The notes: generated by a model from the sequence alone, not told the origin. A stretch of 64,000 nucleotides of DNA from Coriobacteriia bacterium (GCA_003149935.1 QAMH01000010.1:14827-78826); one strand, 5' to 3'. Positions 32,131 through 45,021 are shown, counted from the stretch's first letter. Program-made: numbers and translations.

Positions 32131-32955
32131 CTAGATTGACTCAATCTTGTTGACGATCGGGTCAAGCCAGTCGCCCTTGATGTCCTCGACATTGCCCGAG
32201 TCGACCTCAGCCGAAATCTTCGGATCCATTGGCACGCAGGCCCAGGCATCGATGCCCTTGCTCTTGGCGATGGCCTCGACCTCGGACTTGCCAAAGATCT
32301 CGTGACGCGAGCCACAGTCAGGGCACTCGTAATACGACATGTTCTCGACCAGGCCCAGCACCGGCACGTTCATGTGCTCGGTCATGCGGATGGCCTTCTC
32401 GACGATCATGTTAACGAGCACCTGCGGCGCGGTGGCAATGACAACGCCCTTGAGCGGGAACTGCTGGAAGACCGTCATGGGGATGTCACCCGTTCCCGGA
32501 GGCATGTCGACGATGAGGTAGTCGAGCTCGCCCCAGTTGATGTCGCTGTAGAACTGCGTGAGGATGCCGTTGAGGACAGGACCGCGCCAGAGGAACGGCG
32601 TCGCCTCGTCGGCGGTAAGCATGTTAGTTGACACGACCTTGATACCCGTCTTGGTCTCGGCCGGCCTCAGCATGCCATCCTCGTCGACGGCGGGAGGCTC
32701 ATGAATACCAAAGGAACGCGGGATGGACGGGCCCGTGATATCTCCATCGAGAATGCCGACCTCGTGGCCACGACGACGTAGCTCGCAGGCGAGCATCGCA
32801 GCCGTAAGCGATTTGCCGACACCGCCTTTGCCGCTTGCGACGGCGATGACGTTTTTGATCTTCGTACCCTCATGAAGTTGCAGCGTCTGCGGAGCGGTGC
32901 GATCGGCACACCCGCTATCGCCACATGCGGAGCAATTGGAATTGCATTCAGCCAT
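32131..32955 (-). CDS. Mrp/NBP35/ApbC-family Fe-S cluster carrier ATPase
   Basis: 274 aa. Deviant Walker A SGKGGVGKS, DMPPGTGD, and CPDCG. Confidence 0.9.
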   Translation of the reverse strand: MAECNSNCSACGDSGCADRTAPQTLQLHEGTKIKNVIAVASGKGGVGKSLTAAMLACELRRRGHEVGILDGDITGPSIPRSFGIHEPPAVDEDGMLRPAETKTGIKVVSTNMLTADEATPFLWRGPVLNGILTQFYSDINWGELDYLIVDMPPGTGDIPMTVFQQFPLKGVVIATAPQVLVNMIVEKAIRMTEHMNVPVLGLVENMSYYECPDCGSRHEIFGKSEVEAIAKSKGIDAWACVPMDPKISAEVDSGNVEDIKGDWLDPIVNKIESI

Positions 32956-33079
32956 GTTGAATCTCCCTAAGCCGTCCTGACATCCCAGGACCTCTCTCTT
33001 AAAAGCCGTGCTTCATGGTAATGCATGCCCCAAGCGCACACCAGTTACGAAACGGCAACCAAGCACTTTGCCAGCACAC

Positions 33080-33111
33080 GAAAAAAGGAGGCCAAGACAT
33101 ATGTCCCGGCC
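33080..33111 (-). terminator. Rho-independent terminator after tRNA-Val
   Basis: 33090-33111 forms a 9-bp stem (two G-U pairs) with an ATAT loop. The minus strand continues TCCTTTTTT. Confidence 0.6.
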
Positions 33112-33125
33112 CCCTTGCATGTACC

Positions 33126-33200
33126 TGGTGGGCGTTACTGGGATCGAACCAGTGGCCTTTTCCGTGTCAGGGAAACGCGCTCCCGCTGCGCCAAACGCCC
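33126..33200 (-). tRNA. tRNA-Val (anticodon GAC)
   Basis: Manual cloverleaf: GGGCGTT acceptor, anticodon arm TTTCC-CTGACAC-GGAAA, T arm ACTGG-TTCGATC-CCAGT, CCA encoded. Confidence 0.9.
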
Positions 33201-33302
33201 GTGGCAAAGTAGTCTAACAGAATGACGCTTCATCGCAAGCACGTATTTTTACAAGTTTCTCTTGCGCTTTGCCAAAAACTTCCCTAGAATACCGCTCTGC
33301 GC

Positions 33303-33378
33303 GCGGAAGTGGCTCAGTTGGTAGAGCACAACCTTGCCAAGGTTGGGGTCGCGGGTTCGAGCCCCGTCTTCCGCTCCA
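33303..33378 (+). tRNA. tRNA-Gly (anticodon GCC)
   Basis: GCGGAAG acceptor, anticodon arm CAACC-TTGCCAA-GGTTG, T arm GCGGG-TTCGAGC-CCCGT, CCA encoded. Confidence 0.9.
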
Positions 33379-33387
33379 TGCTAAGTC

Positions 33388-33415
33388 AAGAGCCGGCTTC
33401 CCAGTCGGCTCTTTT
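33388..33415 (+). terminator. Hairpin plus T-run between tRNA-Gly and tRNA-Cys
   Basis: AAGAGCCG (33388-33395) pairs with CGGCTCTT (33406-33413), followed by TT. Confidence 0.45.
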
Positions 33416-33433
33416 ACTCAAAGCACGTGGCAT

Positions 33434-33507
33434 GGCGACGTGGCCAAGCGGTAAGGCAGAGGCCTGCAAAGCCTTTATCACCGGTTCGATTCCGGTCGTC
33501 GCCTCCA
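33434..33507 (+). tRNA. tRNA-Cys (anticodon GCA)
   Basis: GGCGACG acceptor, anticodon arm GAGGC-CTGCAAA-GCCTT, T arm ACCGG-TTCGATT-CCGGT, CCA encoded. Confidence 0.9.
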
Positions 33508-33518
33508 GCAAACGAAAA

Positions 33519-33549
33519 GGGCCGGGTAACCCCGGCCCTTGTTTTTTTT
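33519..33549 (+). terminator. Rho-independent terminator after tRNA-Cys
   Basis: GGGCCGGG-TAAC-CCCGGCCC followed by TTGTTTTTTTT. Confidence 0.7.
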
Positions 33550-33624
33550 GGTGGCCCCACCAGGATTCGAACCTGGAACCTGTCGATTATGAGTCGATCG
33601 CGCTAACCATTGCGCCATGGGGCC
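33549..33624 (-). tRNA. tRNA with CAT anticodon (elongator Met or lysidine-modified Ile2)
   Basis: GGCCCCA acceptor, anticodon arm ATCGA-CTCATAA-TCGAC, T arm CCAGG-TTCGAAT-CCTGG, CCA encoded. The GGCCCC/GGGGCC acceptor stem resembles E. coli ileX (memory). Confidence 0.85.
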
Positions 33625-33652
33625 AAACGACGGCCATTATACACGAGGGCCG

Positions 33653-35110
<1,458 letters not shown>

Positions 35111-35124
35111 GTCAATCCCCTTTT

Positions 35125-36984
35125 CTAATCCTTCATATCGTCAGGCGCGTTGTTTCGCAGTCTGACGAGTTCCTTTTGCATCGACACGGTCCGCTCGAAG
35201 AGCTTGTCGAGTTCCTCGGGTGAAAGCCCACTTTCCGAACGCATGCGTGCCTTCGCATCTCGAATGCTTCGCTCAAGGTCACGCTCGCGTAGCGTGCGAA
35301 CCATGAGGCGCGCTTGAAACAGCTTCTCTGTGCTGTCCTCCGTTTCGATCATCGCCTGGGCGAGCAGGGTCGAAGCATCGGGACACGCCCTCTGGACTGA
35401 CGCGAGCGCCTGCGCGGCAGATGCATCATGGTCAAGCGCGATGAGAGCATCGGCCATGCTCTCTGCGGCCTGATCCATCCACCTGATGCGCATCAGGTCC
35501 TTCCCAATGTGATCGAGAAGATGAGCGTCTGTCACAACGAGCGCGATGAGCCCATACTCCATACGAGCGGATTGTTGGTCCGCCTCGATGATCTGCTCGG
35601 CTACCGGGTTAACCGCATTCGGTTGGGGCTCTGAGACGGCCTGATCGTTTTGATGGCGGGCAGCCATAGGGGCCTTGGTCTCCTTGAGAGCCTTGAATAC
35701 GGCAGTATACTCCACATTCAAACGGTCGGCGATGATATTGACATAATCCGTTGCCGAAACGGAGTCCTTGATGGGATACAGAATCTGCAGTGCCTCCGTC
35801 ATGGCACGCGCCTTGTTTTCCGGACGACGCAAGTCGTAGCGCTCGATGCAGCGATTGATCGAAAAGGCGAGCAGCGGCTCGGCAGCGGCGATGATGGCAC
35901 GCATCGCATCCGCATCATGCGCACCGAGGAACTCCGCCGGGTCGTTGCCATCGGGAAGCACCACGACGCGCAGGTCGATCGGATCACGACGGCTCTCGAC
36001 CGCCGATTGCCAGTCGATGAACTCGCTCGCGCGATCCGCCGCCTTCTGGCCCGCGGCATCACCGTCGAAGAGATAGACGATACGCGAGGCGAAGCGGCTG
36101 ATGAGCTTGACATGCTGGGCCGTGAGCGCCGTGCCGAGCGTGGCGACGGCGTTCTTGATGCCAGCCCGGTGCATGGCGATGACATCGGTATAGCCTTCCA
36201 CGACGATGGCCTCGCCGCTGTTGACGATGGCATTCTTCGCAACGTCGATACCGAACATGTTCGATGACTTGTGAAAGATGGGCGTCTCCGAAGTGTTGAG
36301 GTACTTGGGTTCGCCTTGCCCCATGATGCGGCCGCCAAACGCTATGCTGCGCCCCTGCAAATCGTGCACGGGAAACATCACGCGCTCGAAGAAGCGGTCG
36401 ATGAGATATCCGCCCTTGTTCACGAAGGCGAGGTTCGCACCGACGAGCTCGTCACGGGTAAATCCCCGTGACTGGAGATGTGCGACGAGCTTGCCGTGGC
36501 CGGGGGCATAGCCAAGCTTCCACTCCCGCGCGCACTCCGAGCCAAAGCCACGCTCGTGCAAATAGGCGCGGGCCTGCGTGGGGCCAGCATCGCGCGAGCG
36601 CATGAGCTCCATGTGATAGAAGTTCTCGGCCTCGGCGCAGGCCTGCATCATGCGGTCCTTGAGGCTGCGGGGAACGCCGCTCCCGCCCACCTCGGTGATC
36701 TCGATGTTGGCGCGATCGGCCAGCGCGCGCACGGCCTCGGGAAACTCGAGATGCTCGCTTTCCATGAGATAGCCGAAGACATCGCCGCTCTTGCCGCACC
36801 CGAAACAGTGCCAGTTCTGCAAGTCGGGATCTATCTTGAACGAGGGGGTCTTCTCGTCATGGAACGGACAGCATCCCCAGAACAGACGGCCCTTCTGATT
36901 GAGCACGACGCGCTCGTTCACGAGGGAGACCAAATCGGTCGCCTCGCGCACGCGGCGGATGTCGTCATCGGAGATGCGCGCCAT
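35125..36984 (-). CDS. dnaG: DNA primase
   Basis: 619 aa. Zinc finger [12 protein letters not shown]...CFGCG, and Toprim [10 protein letters not shown]. Confidence 0.95.
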   Translation of the reverse strand: MARISDDDIRRVREATDLVSLVNERVVLNQKGRLFWGCCPFHDEKTPSFKIDPDLQNWHCFGCGKSGDVFGYLMESEHLEFPEAVRALADRANIEITEVGGSGVPRSLKDRMMQACAEAENFYHMELMRSRDAGPTQARAYLHERGFGSECAREWKLGYAPGHGKLVAHLQSRGFTRDELVGANLAFVNKGGYLIDRFFERVMFPVHDLQGRSIAFGGRIMGQGEPKYLNTSETPIFHKSSNMFGIDVAKNAIVNSGEAIVVEGYTDVIAMHRAGIKNAVATLGTALTAQHVKLISRFASRIVYLFDGDAAGQKAADRASEFIDWQSAVESRRDPIDLRVVVLPDGNDPAEFLGAHDADAMRAIIAAAEPLLAFSINRCIERYDLRRPENKARAMTEALQILYPIKDSVSATDYVNIIADRLNVEYTAVFKALKETKAPMAARHQNDQAVSEPQPNAVNPVAEQIIEADQQSARMEYGLIALVVTDAHLLDHIGKDLMRIRWMDQAAESMADALIALDHDASAAQALASVQRACPDASTLLAQAMIETEDSTEKLFQARLMVRTLRERDLERSIRDAKARMRSESGLSPEELDKLFERTVSMQKELVRLRNNAPDDMKD

Positions 36985-36986
36985 GG

Positions 36987-38012
36987 CTACTTGCCTCCCA
37001 GGTGCTCACGCACCCATTCGATGTTGCCCATCACCGTCTCAATGAGCTCATCCTTCGTCTCGAACACGCGCGGTCCACGCAGCCACTCTTCGAACTCGAT
37101 GCGAATGTCCTTGCCGTAAAGATCGCCGTCAAAGTCGAGCAAATGTGCCTCGACCGGAGCCGTCGCCTCGGCAAAGCTCCTGGCAACGCCCACGTTGACG
37201 GCAGCCGCGTAGCGTGCGCCATCGACAATGCCGTACGCACCGTAGACGCCTTCGCGCGGCAACATGGTCTCGCAATTCGAAAGGTCGAGATTGGCCGTCG
37301 CAAAGCCGAAGCCGTCACCTGCGCCACGACCATGCACGATGGTGCCGACGATGCTGTGCGGCCTGCCGGCAAGCAAGCGCTTTGCCTGCGTAACCGCGCC
37401 CTCGCGCAATTCCGCGCGTATGCGTGTCGACGAGATGACCTCGCCATTCTCCTCGATGAGCTCGCAGGAGACGGGTTCGCATCCGTGGTCGAGCGCCCAA
37501 CGCCCCAGATCCTCGACCGTGCCGCTGGCATGGGCGCCAAAGTGAAAATCCAAGCCGGTGAAAATAGCACGTGGATTCGTGACGCTACCCAGGAAGTCGA
37601 GAAACTCCGCGGGCGGCATCGAGAACAGCTCCGAGCTCGTGACGAGGTTCAGCACCCCGCCTTCGGCCTGCTCGGCAACCATCGCAAGGCGCTCGTCGTT
37701 CGAGAGCAGCTTGCCGAAGGTGGGATCATCGGCACGGAATATCTCATCGGGATCGCGGTCGAAGGTCACGGCGACGAGGGGCAGGCCAAGCTCGCGAGCC
37801 CTTTCGCGCGCTTGCGCGAAAATCGCCCGGTGACCGATGTGCATGCCATCGAAAACGCCAATGACGAGAACAGTCCCATTGTTATCTCGACCGAGCGGAG
37901 AGATCTCGCCCGCACGAAACGCCGCTGGATCGCACCGTGTGATTGTCCCCGCCTTAGCCAACGCCGATGACACCCCCGGGAATGACCGTCGCGGGGCGAC
38001 ATGCCCCGGCAA
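36987..38012 (-). CDS. ribF: Bifunctional riboflavin kinase / FAD synthetase
   Basis: IGVFDGMHIGH nucleotidyltransferase motif and a C-terminal riboflavin kinase domain (GFATANL). Start uncertain: the track start overlaps truB by 59 nt, and GTG 37973 or a nearby TTG are alternatives. Confidence 0.85.
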   Translation of the reverse strand: MPGHVAPRRSFPGVSSALAKAGTITRCDPAAFRAGEISPLGRDNNGTVLVIGVFDGMHIGHRAIFAQARERARELGLPLVAVTFDRDPDEIFRADDPTFGKLLSNDERLAMVAEQAEGGVLNLVTSSELFSMPPAEFLDFLGSVTNPRAIFTGLDFHFGAHASGTVEDLGRWALDHGCEPVSCELIEENGEVISSTRIRAELREGAVTQAKRLLAGRPHSIVGTIVHGRGAGDGFGFATANLDLSNCETMLPREGVYGAYGIVDGARYAAAVNVGVARSFAEATAPVEAHLLDFDGDLYGKDIRIEFEEWLRGPRVFETKDELIETVMGNIEWVREHLGGK

Positions 38013-38925
38013 CGAAGTTGTAGACGGCGAGCAGCTTGTTGTCGCGAATGCACGAAATCATGCCCTCGTCTGCGGAGATATCGGTAAGTTCGCGACCGTT
38101 TGCCACACATTGCGCCTGTTGCTCGCCGAGCTCGATGACGGGAAATCCCAAGAGCCGAGCCGGGTCGCACCACGGCAGCACGCCGCCTGCCTCGGCACGG
38201 TTCGCGAGCTCGTCGATGGAGCAGGCCTCGTCAATGCCCATCGTGGCAACCGACGTACGGCGAAGCGAGCCCAAATGGGCGCCGCATCCGAGATAGGCAC
38301 CGATATCACGCGCGAGGGCACGGATGTACGTACCCTTGCTCACGTCGAAATGGACGTCCCAGAAGGGCAGCACGCGCACCGACGTGCTGCCATCGGCGCA
38401 GATGAGCTTCGCCTCGCACACGCCCGCGCCCACAAGCTGCGCCCCGTACACAGTGACGTGGCGCGCCTCAAGCTCGAGGCACGTGCCCTCACGCGCCGCC
38501 TTGTAGGCGACGACGCCGTTCTTCTTGATGGCAGAATACGCAGGCGGAAGCTGCTCGAGCTCGCCCGTGAACTCGTCGAGGATGGCCTGGGCATCCACTG
38601 ACCGCATGATATCCGCAAGCTCCCCGTCAGACGCGCTCGCGAGCGTGCGTCCCTGGGCATCATCCGTATCGGTGGCGGCGCCAAAGACGATGCGGGCATC
38701 GTAGCCTTTGTCGTGTCCGGTGAGGTACTCGGACAGGCGCGTGGCTGCGCCCACTCCCACGAGCATGAGACCCGTCGCGGCCGGATCGAGCGTGCCGGCA
38801 TGCCCCACGCGCCGCTCACCCGTAATCTGGCGTACGCGATTGACCACATCGTGCGATGTCATCCCATAGGGCTTGTCGAGCGCGAGCACGCCGCACAGTC
38901 CGCTGGCACCACGCCTGCGGCTCAT
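37954..38925 (-). CDS. truB: tRNA pseudouridine(55) synthase
   Basis: 323 aa. Catalytic block VGHAGTLDPAATGLM. Confidence 0.9.
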   Translation of the reverse strand: MSRRRGASGLCGVLALDKPYGMTSHDVVNRVRQITGERRVGHAGTLDPAATGLMLVGVGAATRLSEYLTGHDKGYDARIVFGAATDTDDAQGRTLASASDGELADIMRSVDAQAILDEFTGELEQLPPAYSAIKKNGVVAYKAAREGTCLELEARHVTVYGAQLVGAGVCEAKLICADGSTSVRVLPFWDVHFDVSKGTYIRALARDIGAYLGCGAHLGSLRRTSVATMGIDEACSIDELANRAEAGGVLPWCDPARLLGFPVIELGEQQAQCVANGRELTDISADEGMISCIRDNKLLAVYNFVAGACRPATVIPGGVIGVG

Positions 38926-39971
38926 AGCATGTCCTCGCGAATCCTCGTGAATGCCGTCGTGGCGGTTACCTCGGCATCCGTCGTCATCGAGGCCTTCGGT
39001 TGTTCGGCAAAGGACTCCGCAACGAGGCCCTCGACGATGGCACGCGCTTCGGGCAGCTTGCCGTGAATGGTGAAGCCGGCTGCCGCTTTGTGACCGCCAC
39101 CGTTCATCTGGGCGGCGATGGCAGCGACATCGCGATCGGTCTTGGAGCGAATCGAGCCGCGCACGACGGGACCCTGCTCACGCAGCATGACGGCGATCTC
39201 GACGCCATCGAGCTGGCGTATCGCGTCGATGAGCGAATCGCCGTCCTCCTTGCTCGCGCCAAGCTCCTCGAAGTCGGCCTCGCAAGCCCACGACAGGGCG
39301 AGCTTGCCGTCGAAGAGCAACTCGAGACGACGCACGACGAGCGCCTCGAGCTGCAAGGCTGCCCAACTGCGACGCTGGTAGACGTAGCGTGCGACTTCGG
39401 AGGGAAGCGCGCCGGCCGCCGCCATGTCGGCCGCCGCCATGAGCGCACGCGAGTCGGCATTCTGAAACTGGAACCTGCCCGTGTCGGTCACGAGCGCGGT
39501 ATAGCAACAGGTCGCGATATCCGCCGTCATCTCGGCGCCGGCCTGTTCGAGGAAATCCCAGACGAGCATGCCCGCAGCCGCAGCCGTGCTGTCGACATAG
39601 CCGACATCGGCAAAGGATGCATCGCCCTGGTGATGGTCGATGACAAGCGTCTTCTTCGCGCGCTTGAAGACGTGCTCGCCATCACCGGCACGCGCGGCGC
39701 TCGGCACGTCAACGAGAATGAAGACGTCCGGGCGCGCATGATACTCGCAAGCGGGCATGAAGTCCCCGTAGCTTGCGAGAAAGTCGTAGAGCTTGGGCTG
39801 CTCGCGCGTCGCGAGCAGCGGCGTCACCTCGTAACCGAGACTGCGCAGGCCCAGCGTGAGGGCAAGCGCGCTGCCGAGGCAATCGCCATCCGGGTTGACA
39901 TGGCCGCAGACGGCGACGCTTCGCGCCCCGTCAAGCAGCTCAATGCCATTCGTGTAATCGAGCTTCGCCAT
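38922..39971 (-). CDS. DHH/DHHA1 phosphoesterase (NrnA-like oligoribonuclease/pAp phosphatase)
   Basis: 349 aa. GHVNPDGDCLGS, VIDHHQG, and GGGHKAAAGF. Confidence 0.8.
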   Translation of the reverse strand: MAKLDYTNGIELLDGARSVAVCGHVNPDGDCLGSALALTLGLRSLGYEVTPLLATREQPKLYDFLASYGDFMPACEYHARPDVFILVDVPSAARAGDGEHVFKRAKKTLVIDHHQGDASFADVGYVDSTAAAAGMLVWDFLEQAGAEMTADIATCCYTALVTDTGRFQFQNADSRALMAAADMAAAGALPSEVARYVYQRRSWAALQLEALVVRRLELLFDGKLALSWACEADFEELGASKEDGDSLIDAIRQLDGVEIAVMLREQGPVVRGSIRSKTDRDVAAIAAQMNGGGHKAAAGFTIHGKLPEARAIVEGLVAESFAEQPKASMTTDAEVTATTAFTRIREDML

Positions 39972-40022
39972 TGATCGTCCTTTTGGTCCTGGTACGTGAT
40001 CGCAAACGATGATTGCGCTGCG

Positions 40023-40358
40023 CTAGCCCTCGTCGGAAAACAGCGACGCGATGCGCTCGGCAGCGTCGACCGACGGGTCGATGAAGAAGCGCAACTCGGG
40101 CGTGACGCGCCAACCGAGGCTCTTGCCGACAAGCGAGCGTATGCGGCCCTTGGCGGCTTCGAGCCCCTCCATGACCTCGTCATAGCGGCTCGCATCGGCG
40201 CTCACGTAGACGTTGGCGACTTCGCGGTCCTTGGAGACCTCGACGTCGGTGACCGTCACGAGCTCGAGACGCGGGTCGGCGATCTGGAACAGCAGCACGT
40301 TGGCGATCTTCTCGCGCAGTTCCTCGTTGACACGACGCGATGTGGGTGTCTGTTTCAT
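40023..40358 (-). CDS. rbfA: Ribosome-binding factor A
   Basis: 111 aa. RVNEELREKIANVL...DPRL..VTVTDVEVSKD pattern. Position between infB and nrnA/truB. Confidence 0.9.
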   Translation of the reverse strand: MKQTPTSRRVNEELREKIANVLLFQIADPRLELVTVTDVEVSKDREVANVYVSADASRYDEVMEGLEAAKGRIRSLVGKSLGWRVTPELRFFIDPSVDAAERIASLFSDEG

Positions 40359-40360
40359 GT

Positions 40361-42913
40361 CTATTCCTTACGGGCGACCTGCTCGATGCGATAGCCCTCG
40401 ATGACGTCGCCTTCCTTGATGTCCTGGAAGTCCTCGATGCCGATGCCGCACTCCGTGCCCGAACGCACCGATGACACGTCATCACGATAGTGGCGCATGG
40501 ACATGATGGAGCCGTCGTGAACGATGACGCCGTCACGCACGATGCGCACGTGGTCGGTGTTGGCGATTTCGCCTTCGGTGACGATGCAGCCGGCGATGAC
40601 GCCGACCTTGGGCATCTTGAAGGTCTCGCGCACGGTGGCGGAACCGGTATCGACCTCGACCTCCTCGGGAGCGAGCAAGCCGACGCGTGCGGCGTTGATG
40701 TCCTCGATAGCCTGGTAGATGACGCGGTACAGGCGGATGTCGACCTTCTCGCGCTCGGCAGCCTGACGCACGCCGGCCTGCGGACGCACGCCGAAGCCGA
40801 TGATGATGGCATCGGATGCCGCGGCAAAGTTGACGTCCGTCTCGGTAACGCCACCGACGGCGGCGCGGATGACGTTGATGCGCACCTCGGACTGATCCAT
40901 CTTCTCGAGCGCACCGCGCAGAGCCTCGATGGAACCCTGGGTGTCGGCCTTGACGATGAGGTTGAGCTCGGCATGCTTGTTGGCCTCGATGCGGGCGAAG
41001 AGGTCATCGAGGTTCATGTGACGCGGAGCCTCCTGCGCGGCCAGGCGCTGCTTGAGCTCGCGCTCGGCAGCCAGGCTACGGGCCTCGGACTCGTTTTCGA
41101 AGACGGCGAACTCGTCACCGGCGCTCGGGACCGAGGACAGGCCCAGGATCTCGACCGGATCGGCGGGCTTGGCCTCCTTGACCGAATTGCCCTTCGGGTC
41201 GATGAGCGCACGCACGTGACCGAAGCACACGCCTGCGACGAGAGCGTCGCCCACGCGCAGCGTACCACGCTGCACGATGACGGTCGCCACCGGACCGCGG
41301 CCCTTGTCGAGGTTGGCCTCAATGACGAAGCCGCTCGCGGTCGTATCGGGGTTGGCCTTGAGCTCGAGTACTTCGGCCTGGAGGATGATCGTCTCGAGCA
41401 GCTCGTCGATGTTGAGGTTCTGGCGAGCCGAGACCTCGACGAACATGTTGTTGCCGCCCCACTCCTCGGGCACGACGCCACGCTCGGCGAGTTCGCTCTT
41501 CACGCGATCGGGATTGGCGCCCGGCTTATCGATCTTGTTAATGGCCACGACGATGGGGACATCGGCTGCCTTGGCGTGATCGATGGCCTCGATGGTCTGC
41601 GGCATGACGCCGTCATCGGCAGCGACGACCAGGACGATGATATCGGTGACCTGCGCACCACGCGCGCGCATGGCGGTAAACGCCTCGTGGCCCGGGGTGT
41701 CGATGAAGGTGATCTGATTGCCGTTGATCCAGACCACGGATGCGCCGATGGCCTGCGTGATGCCACCGGCCTCGGCCTGCTGCACGCCCGAATGACGAAT
41801 GGCATCGAGCAGCGAGGTCTTGCCGTGGTCGACGTGACCCATGACGGTAACGACGGGCGGACGCGGCTTGAGGTCCTTCTCGTCATCGTAGAAGGTGAAC
41901 GACATCTCCTCCTCCGGCGAGATAATCTTGACCTCGCGGCCAATGTCGCCAGCGATGAGCTCGACCAAGTCGTCGCTCATCGACTGGGTGAGGGTCAGCG
42001 GCGTGCCGAGCAGGAAGAGCCTCTTGACGACCTCGTTGCCGGGCACCTCGAGCGCATCGGCGAGCTCGCCCACCGTGATGCCGCTCGTGACCTGGACGAC
42101 GCCCACGGGCACACCCGTGATTTCTGCCTTGCGCTGCGCCTCTTCCTCGGCCTTCTTGGCAGCTTCGGCGGCTCGGCGCTCCTTGCGCTTCTTGCGACGG
42201 CCAGTCGATTGCTTCTCGACCTCGGCAACGGCGGCACGCGCCTCCTCGAGAACCTTGTCGCGCTGCAGCTGCTCGACGGCCTGCGCCATCTGGCGGTAAC
42301 GGTCGTCCTCGGACTCCGAGTCGACCTCCACCTGCTGGCGAGCCTTCTTTTTCTTCTTGGCGCCCTTCTCGCGATAGGGCGAATCGGCCTGCGCGGGCTC
42401 GGCGCTCGCCTGCGCGGCAGCAGCGGCGCGAGCCTCGTCCGCCTCTTTCTTCTCCTGCGTCAGACGGTTGCTCTCGGCAGCGATCTGCGAGAGAAGCCCA
42501 TCGAAGACCGAGGGCTTGGAAGGCTTGGGTTCCTCGACGACCTCCTCGACCTCCTGCTGGCTGGCGGCCTTGGCCTCCGCCTCGGCAGCCTCGCGCCTCT
42601 TCTGCTCCTTCTGACGACGCTTGATCTCGGCCTGGGCAGCTTGCTTGTGCTCCTCCTCGAGGCGCTTGCGCTCCTCTTCCTCGGCACTTACCTGCTCCTC
42701 GGCAGCGGCGTCCTTCCCTTTGTCCTCCTGGGCCTCCTCGGTGCGCTTTTGCAACTCTGGCCCAAGCTCCTTGCGAATCTTGTCGACATAGGCATCGACA
42801 AGCGTGGACGCATGATTCTTGACGGGGATCTTCATCTCCTTGAGTCTCTCGACGAGCTCCTTGGAGGTCATCCCGAACTCTTTGGCGAGCTCATGTACAC
42901 GCATTCCTGCCAT
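40361..42913 (-). CDS. infB: Translation initiation factor IF-2
   Basis: G domain [24 protein letters not shown] 42913 ([14 protein letters not shown]) follows AGGTGA by 8 nt. The track uses GTG 42925. Confidence 0.95.
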   Translation of the reverse strand: MAGMRVHELAKEFGMTSKELVERLKEMKIPVKNHASTLVDAYVDKIRKELGPELQKRTEEAQEDKGKDAAAEEQVSAEEEERKRLEEEHKQAAQAEIKRRQKEQKRREAAEAEAKAASQQEVEEVVEEPKPSKPSVFDGLLSQIAAESNRLTQEKKEADEARAAAAAQASAEPAQADSPYREKGAKKKKKARQQVEVDSESEDDRYRQMAQAVEQLQRDKVLEEARAAVAEVEKQSTGRRKKRKERRAAEAAKKAEEEAQRKAEITGVPVGVVQVTSGITVGELADALEVPGNEVVKRLFLLGTPLTLTQSMSDDLVELIAGDIGREVKIISPEEEMSFTFYDDEKDLKPRPPVVTVMGHVDHGKTSLLDAIRHSGVQQAEAGGITQAIGASVVWINGNQITFIDTPGHEAFTAMRARGAQVTDIIVLVVAADDGVMPQTIEAIDHAKAADVPIVVAINKIDKPGANPDRVKSELAERGVVPEEWGGNNMFVEVSARQNLNIDELLETIILQAEVLELKANPDTTASGFVIEANLDKGRGPVATVIVQRGTLRVGDALVAGVCFGHVRALIDPKGNSVKEAKPADPVEILGLSSVPSAGDEFAVFENESEARSLAAERELKQRLAAQEAPRHMNLDDLFARIEANKHAELNLIVKADTQGSIEALRGALEKMDQSEVRINVIRAAVGGVTETDVNFAAASDAIIIGFGVRPQAGVRQAAEREKVDIRLYRVIYQAIEDINAARVGLLAPEEVEVDTGSATVRETFKMPKVGVIAGCIVTEGEIANTDHVRIVRDGVIVHDGSIMSMRHYRDDVSSVRSGTECGIGIEDFQDIKEGDVIEGYRIEQVARKE

Positions 42914-42921
42914 ATTCCCTA

Positions 42922-43221
42922 TCACCTATCCCCTGCTGATGCCGCACTCGAGGTGCGCATGTATGCGTCAAAATCGGCCCTCAGCCGTTCGTAATCGTCG
43001 TTTCCCACCTTGGTGCGCAGACGACCGCCCAAAAGGCGCTTCTCGCATGCCTTGGCAAAGCACGCCTCGTCCGCGCAGACATAGGCCCCACGTCCCGCCA
43101 TCTTGCCGCTCGCATCGAGGGCAACCACCCCGTCTGCGCCGCACACGAAACGCACGAGCGTGCGTTTGTCAGAACTCGCGCGGCATGCGATGCAGGTGCG
43201 TATGGGAACCTTCTTCGTCAT
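42922..43221 (-). CDS. ylxR: YlxR/RnpM (DUF448) RNA-binding protein
   Basis: Start at [14 protein letters not shown] (ATG 43221, overlapping the nusA stop as TAATG). Classic position between nusA and infB. Confidence 0.8.
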   Translation of the reverse strand: MTKKVPIRTCIACRASSDKRTLVRFVCGADGVVALDASGKMAGRGAYVCADEACFAKACEKRLLGGRLRTKVGNDDYERLRADFDAYMRTSSAASAGDR

Positions 43222-44492
43222 TAGATGAGGGACTCCTCTTCCTCGTCCTCGACGGGCTCGGATCCCTGGCCATCGGCATGGATGCCGCAGAAGTGCGAGC
43301 CGGGACGGGCATGGTTGCGGCAACGGACGCCCTCGGGGCTCACATACTCGCAGCGCTGGTCCACCGGCTCCTCGACCACGTCGTCTTCCTCGTCGATGAG
43401 GGAGGTCATGGACACGAGCGACCCGCCATCGGCGGCAACGAGGCTCGCCGACTTGATGTCGATGTGCCAGCCGGTGAGGCGCGCCGCAAGGCGCGCGTTC
43501 TGGCCTTCTTTACCGATGGCGAGCGAAAGCTGGTCATCGGGCACGACGACGGTTGCGTAATGGGTGTCCTCGTTGATAAGCACGCTGGAGACCTTGGCCG
43601 GCGAGAGCGCGTTGGCCACGAAGGTCACCGGATCCTCGCTCCACTGGATGACGTCGATGCGCTCGCCGCGCAGCTCGCCGACCACCATGCGGATGCGCGA
43701 GCCCTTGGGGCCGACGCATGCGCCTACCGGATCGAGGTTGGACTCGCGGGAATGCACGGCGATCTTGGAGCGGGCGCCGGCCTCGCGCGCGACGGACTTG
43801 ACCTCGACGACGCCATCGTAGATCTCGGGCACCTCGAGCTCGAGCAAGCGACGGATGAGATCGGGATGCGTGCGGCTCACGATGATGCTCGGACGGTTGC
43901 CACCATCGCGCGTGCGCGTGGCCCCCTGTGCCTGCTGGCTTGGGTCGCGTACGTCGATGATGAGCGCTTTGATGCGCTGATTGTGCTGGTAATACTCGTT
44001 GGAAGGGCGCTCGTTGCGCTCGTTCTCGTTGCGACGCCTGTCGAAGTGCGGCAGCTCGGCCTCGACGCCATCGCGGATCTTGATGATGGTGAAGTCCGGC
44101 GTGGTCTGCAGCACGGTACCGGTGATGAGCTCACCCTTGCGGTCGGCGAACTCCTTGTAGATGCTCGCACGGGCGGCATCGCGGACGATCTCGTTGATGA
44201 CGCGCTTGGCGTTTTGCGCGGCGATGCGCGATACGTTTTCGGGCGTCACGTCACGCGGCTCGTAGTCCTCGTACTCGCCCGTCTCGGGATCCTCCTCGCC
44301 GATGCCAACCATCTCGTAGACGAAAATGCGGCCGCTCTCGCGGTCGATGGTGACCTGCGCATCCCAATCAAGGTCGAGAATGCCCTTATAGCTGCGCGCA
44401 AGATCCTGCTCGAGGCGCTCGAGCACGGCGAGCTGATCGATACCACGCTCGGCGGCGAGATCGGAAAGTGCGCTGATGAGTTCTGATGACAT
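43221..44492 (-). CDS. nusA: Transcription termination/antitermination factor NusA
   Basis: 423 aa. S1 and KH blocks ([32 protein letters not shown]). Confidence 0.95.
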   Translation of the reverse strand: MSSELISALSDLAAERGIDQLAVLERLEQDLARSYKGILDLDWDAQVTIDRESGRIFVYEMVGIGEEDPETGEYEDYEPRDVTPENVSRIAAQNAKRVINEIVRDAARASIYKEFADRKGELITGTVLQTTPDFTIIKIRDGVEAELPHFDRRRNENERNERPSNEYYQHNQRIKALIIDVRDPSQQAQGATRTRDGGNRPSIIVSRTHPDLIRRLLELEVPEIYDGVVEVKSVAREAGARSKIAVHSRESNLDPVGACVGPKGSRIRMVVGELRGERIDVIQWSEDPVTFVANALSPAKVSSVLINEDTHYATVVVPDDQLSLAIGKEGQNARLAARLTGWHIDIKSASLVAADGGSLVSMTSLIDEEDDVVEEPVDQRCEYVSPEGVRCRNHARPGSHFCGIHADGQGSEPVEDEEEESLI

Positions 44493-44505
44493 GATTCCTC
44501 CCTAT

Positions 44506-45021
44506 TTAGTTGTCCTGATCAAGCGTCGCGTCTTCGTCATCGAAGTTGCGACCGCCAAAATCGATTTGGCCAATGATGTGCGCCTTCTTGATGCGATCAA
44601 AGGCAAGGCGCTCCATCGTGCCATCTTCCATTTCAAGCACGAGCTCATCACCTTCGAGCCCGTGCGAGATTCCCGTGAACTTGCTGCGTGCGGCCCCTGG
44701 CTTGAGATAGACCACCGTGGTCTCTCCCGCAAAGCGATCGAAGTCATCGCGCTTGCGCAGGGGACGGTCGATGCCCGGTGACGAGACCTCGAGGTCGTAT
44801 GATTCCATGAAGGGGTCGGCTTCCTCAATGGCCGCATCCACCCACTCTTGGGCATCGACGAGCTCGTCGAGTGTGATGCCACCAGCCGGAGTGTCGAGAA
44901 ACACGCGCAGAACGGGACGCTTGCGCGTACCGGCAACCTCGACCGTCACGAGGTCGAGACCGTGCTTGCTTGCAAGCGGCTCGAGTACCTCGATGAGCTT
45001 GTCTTCCCTATTCACCTGCAC
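44506..45021 (-). CDS. rimP: Ribosome maturation factor RimP
   Basis: 171 aa. Position upstream of nusA. SSPGIDRPL motif. GTG start, either 45021 or 45015. Confidence 0.85.
   Translation of the reverse strand: MQVNREDKLIEVLEPLASKHGLDLVTVEVAGTRKRPVLRVFLDTPAGGITLDELVDAQEWVDAAIEEADPFMESYDLEVSSPGIDRPLRKRDDFDRFAGETTVVYLKPGAARSKFTGISHGLEGDELVLEMEDGTMERLAFDRIKKAHIIGQIDFGGRNFDDEDATLDQDN

Noticed and set aside
40490-42994. 834-aa plus-strand ORF antisense to infB
   Set aside because: Low-complexity L/G/D/R-rich translation. infB on the minus strand is unambiguous.
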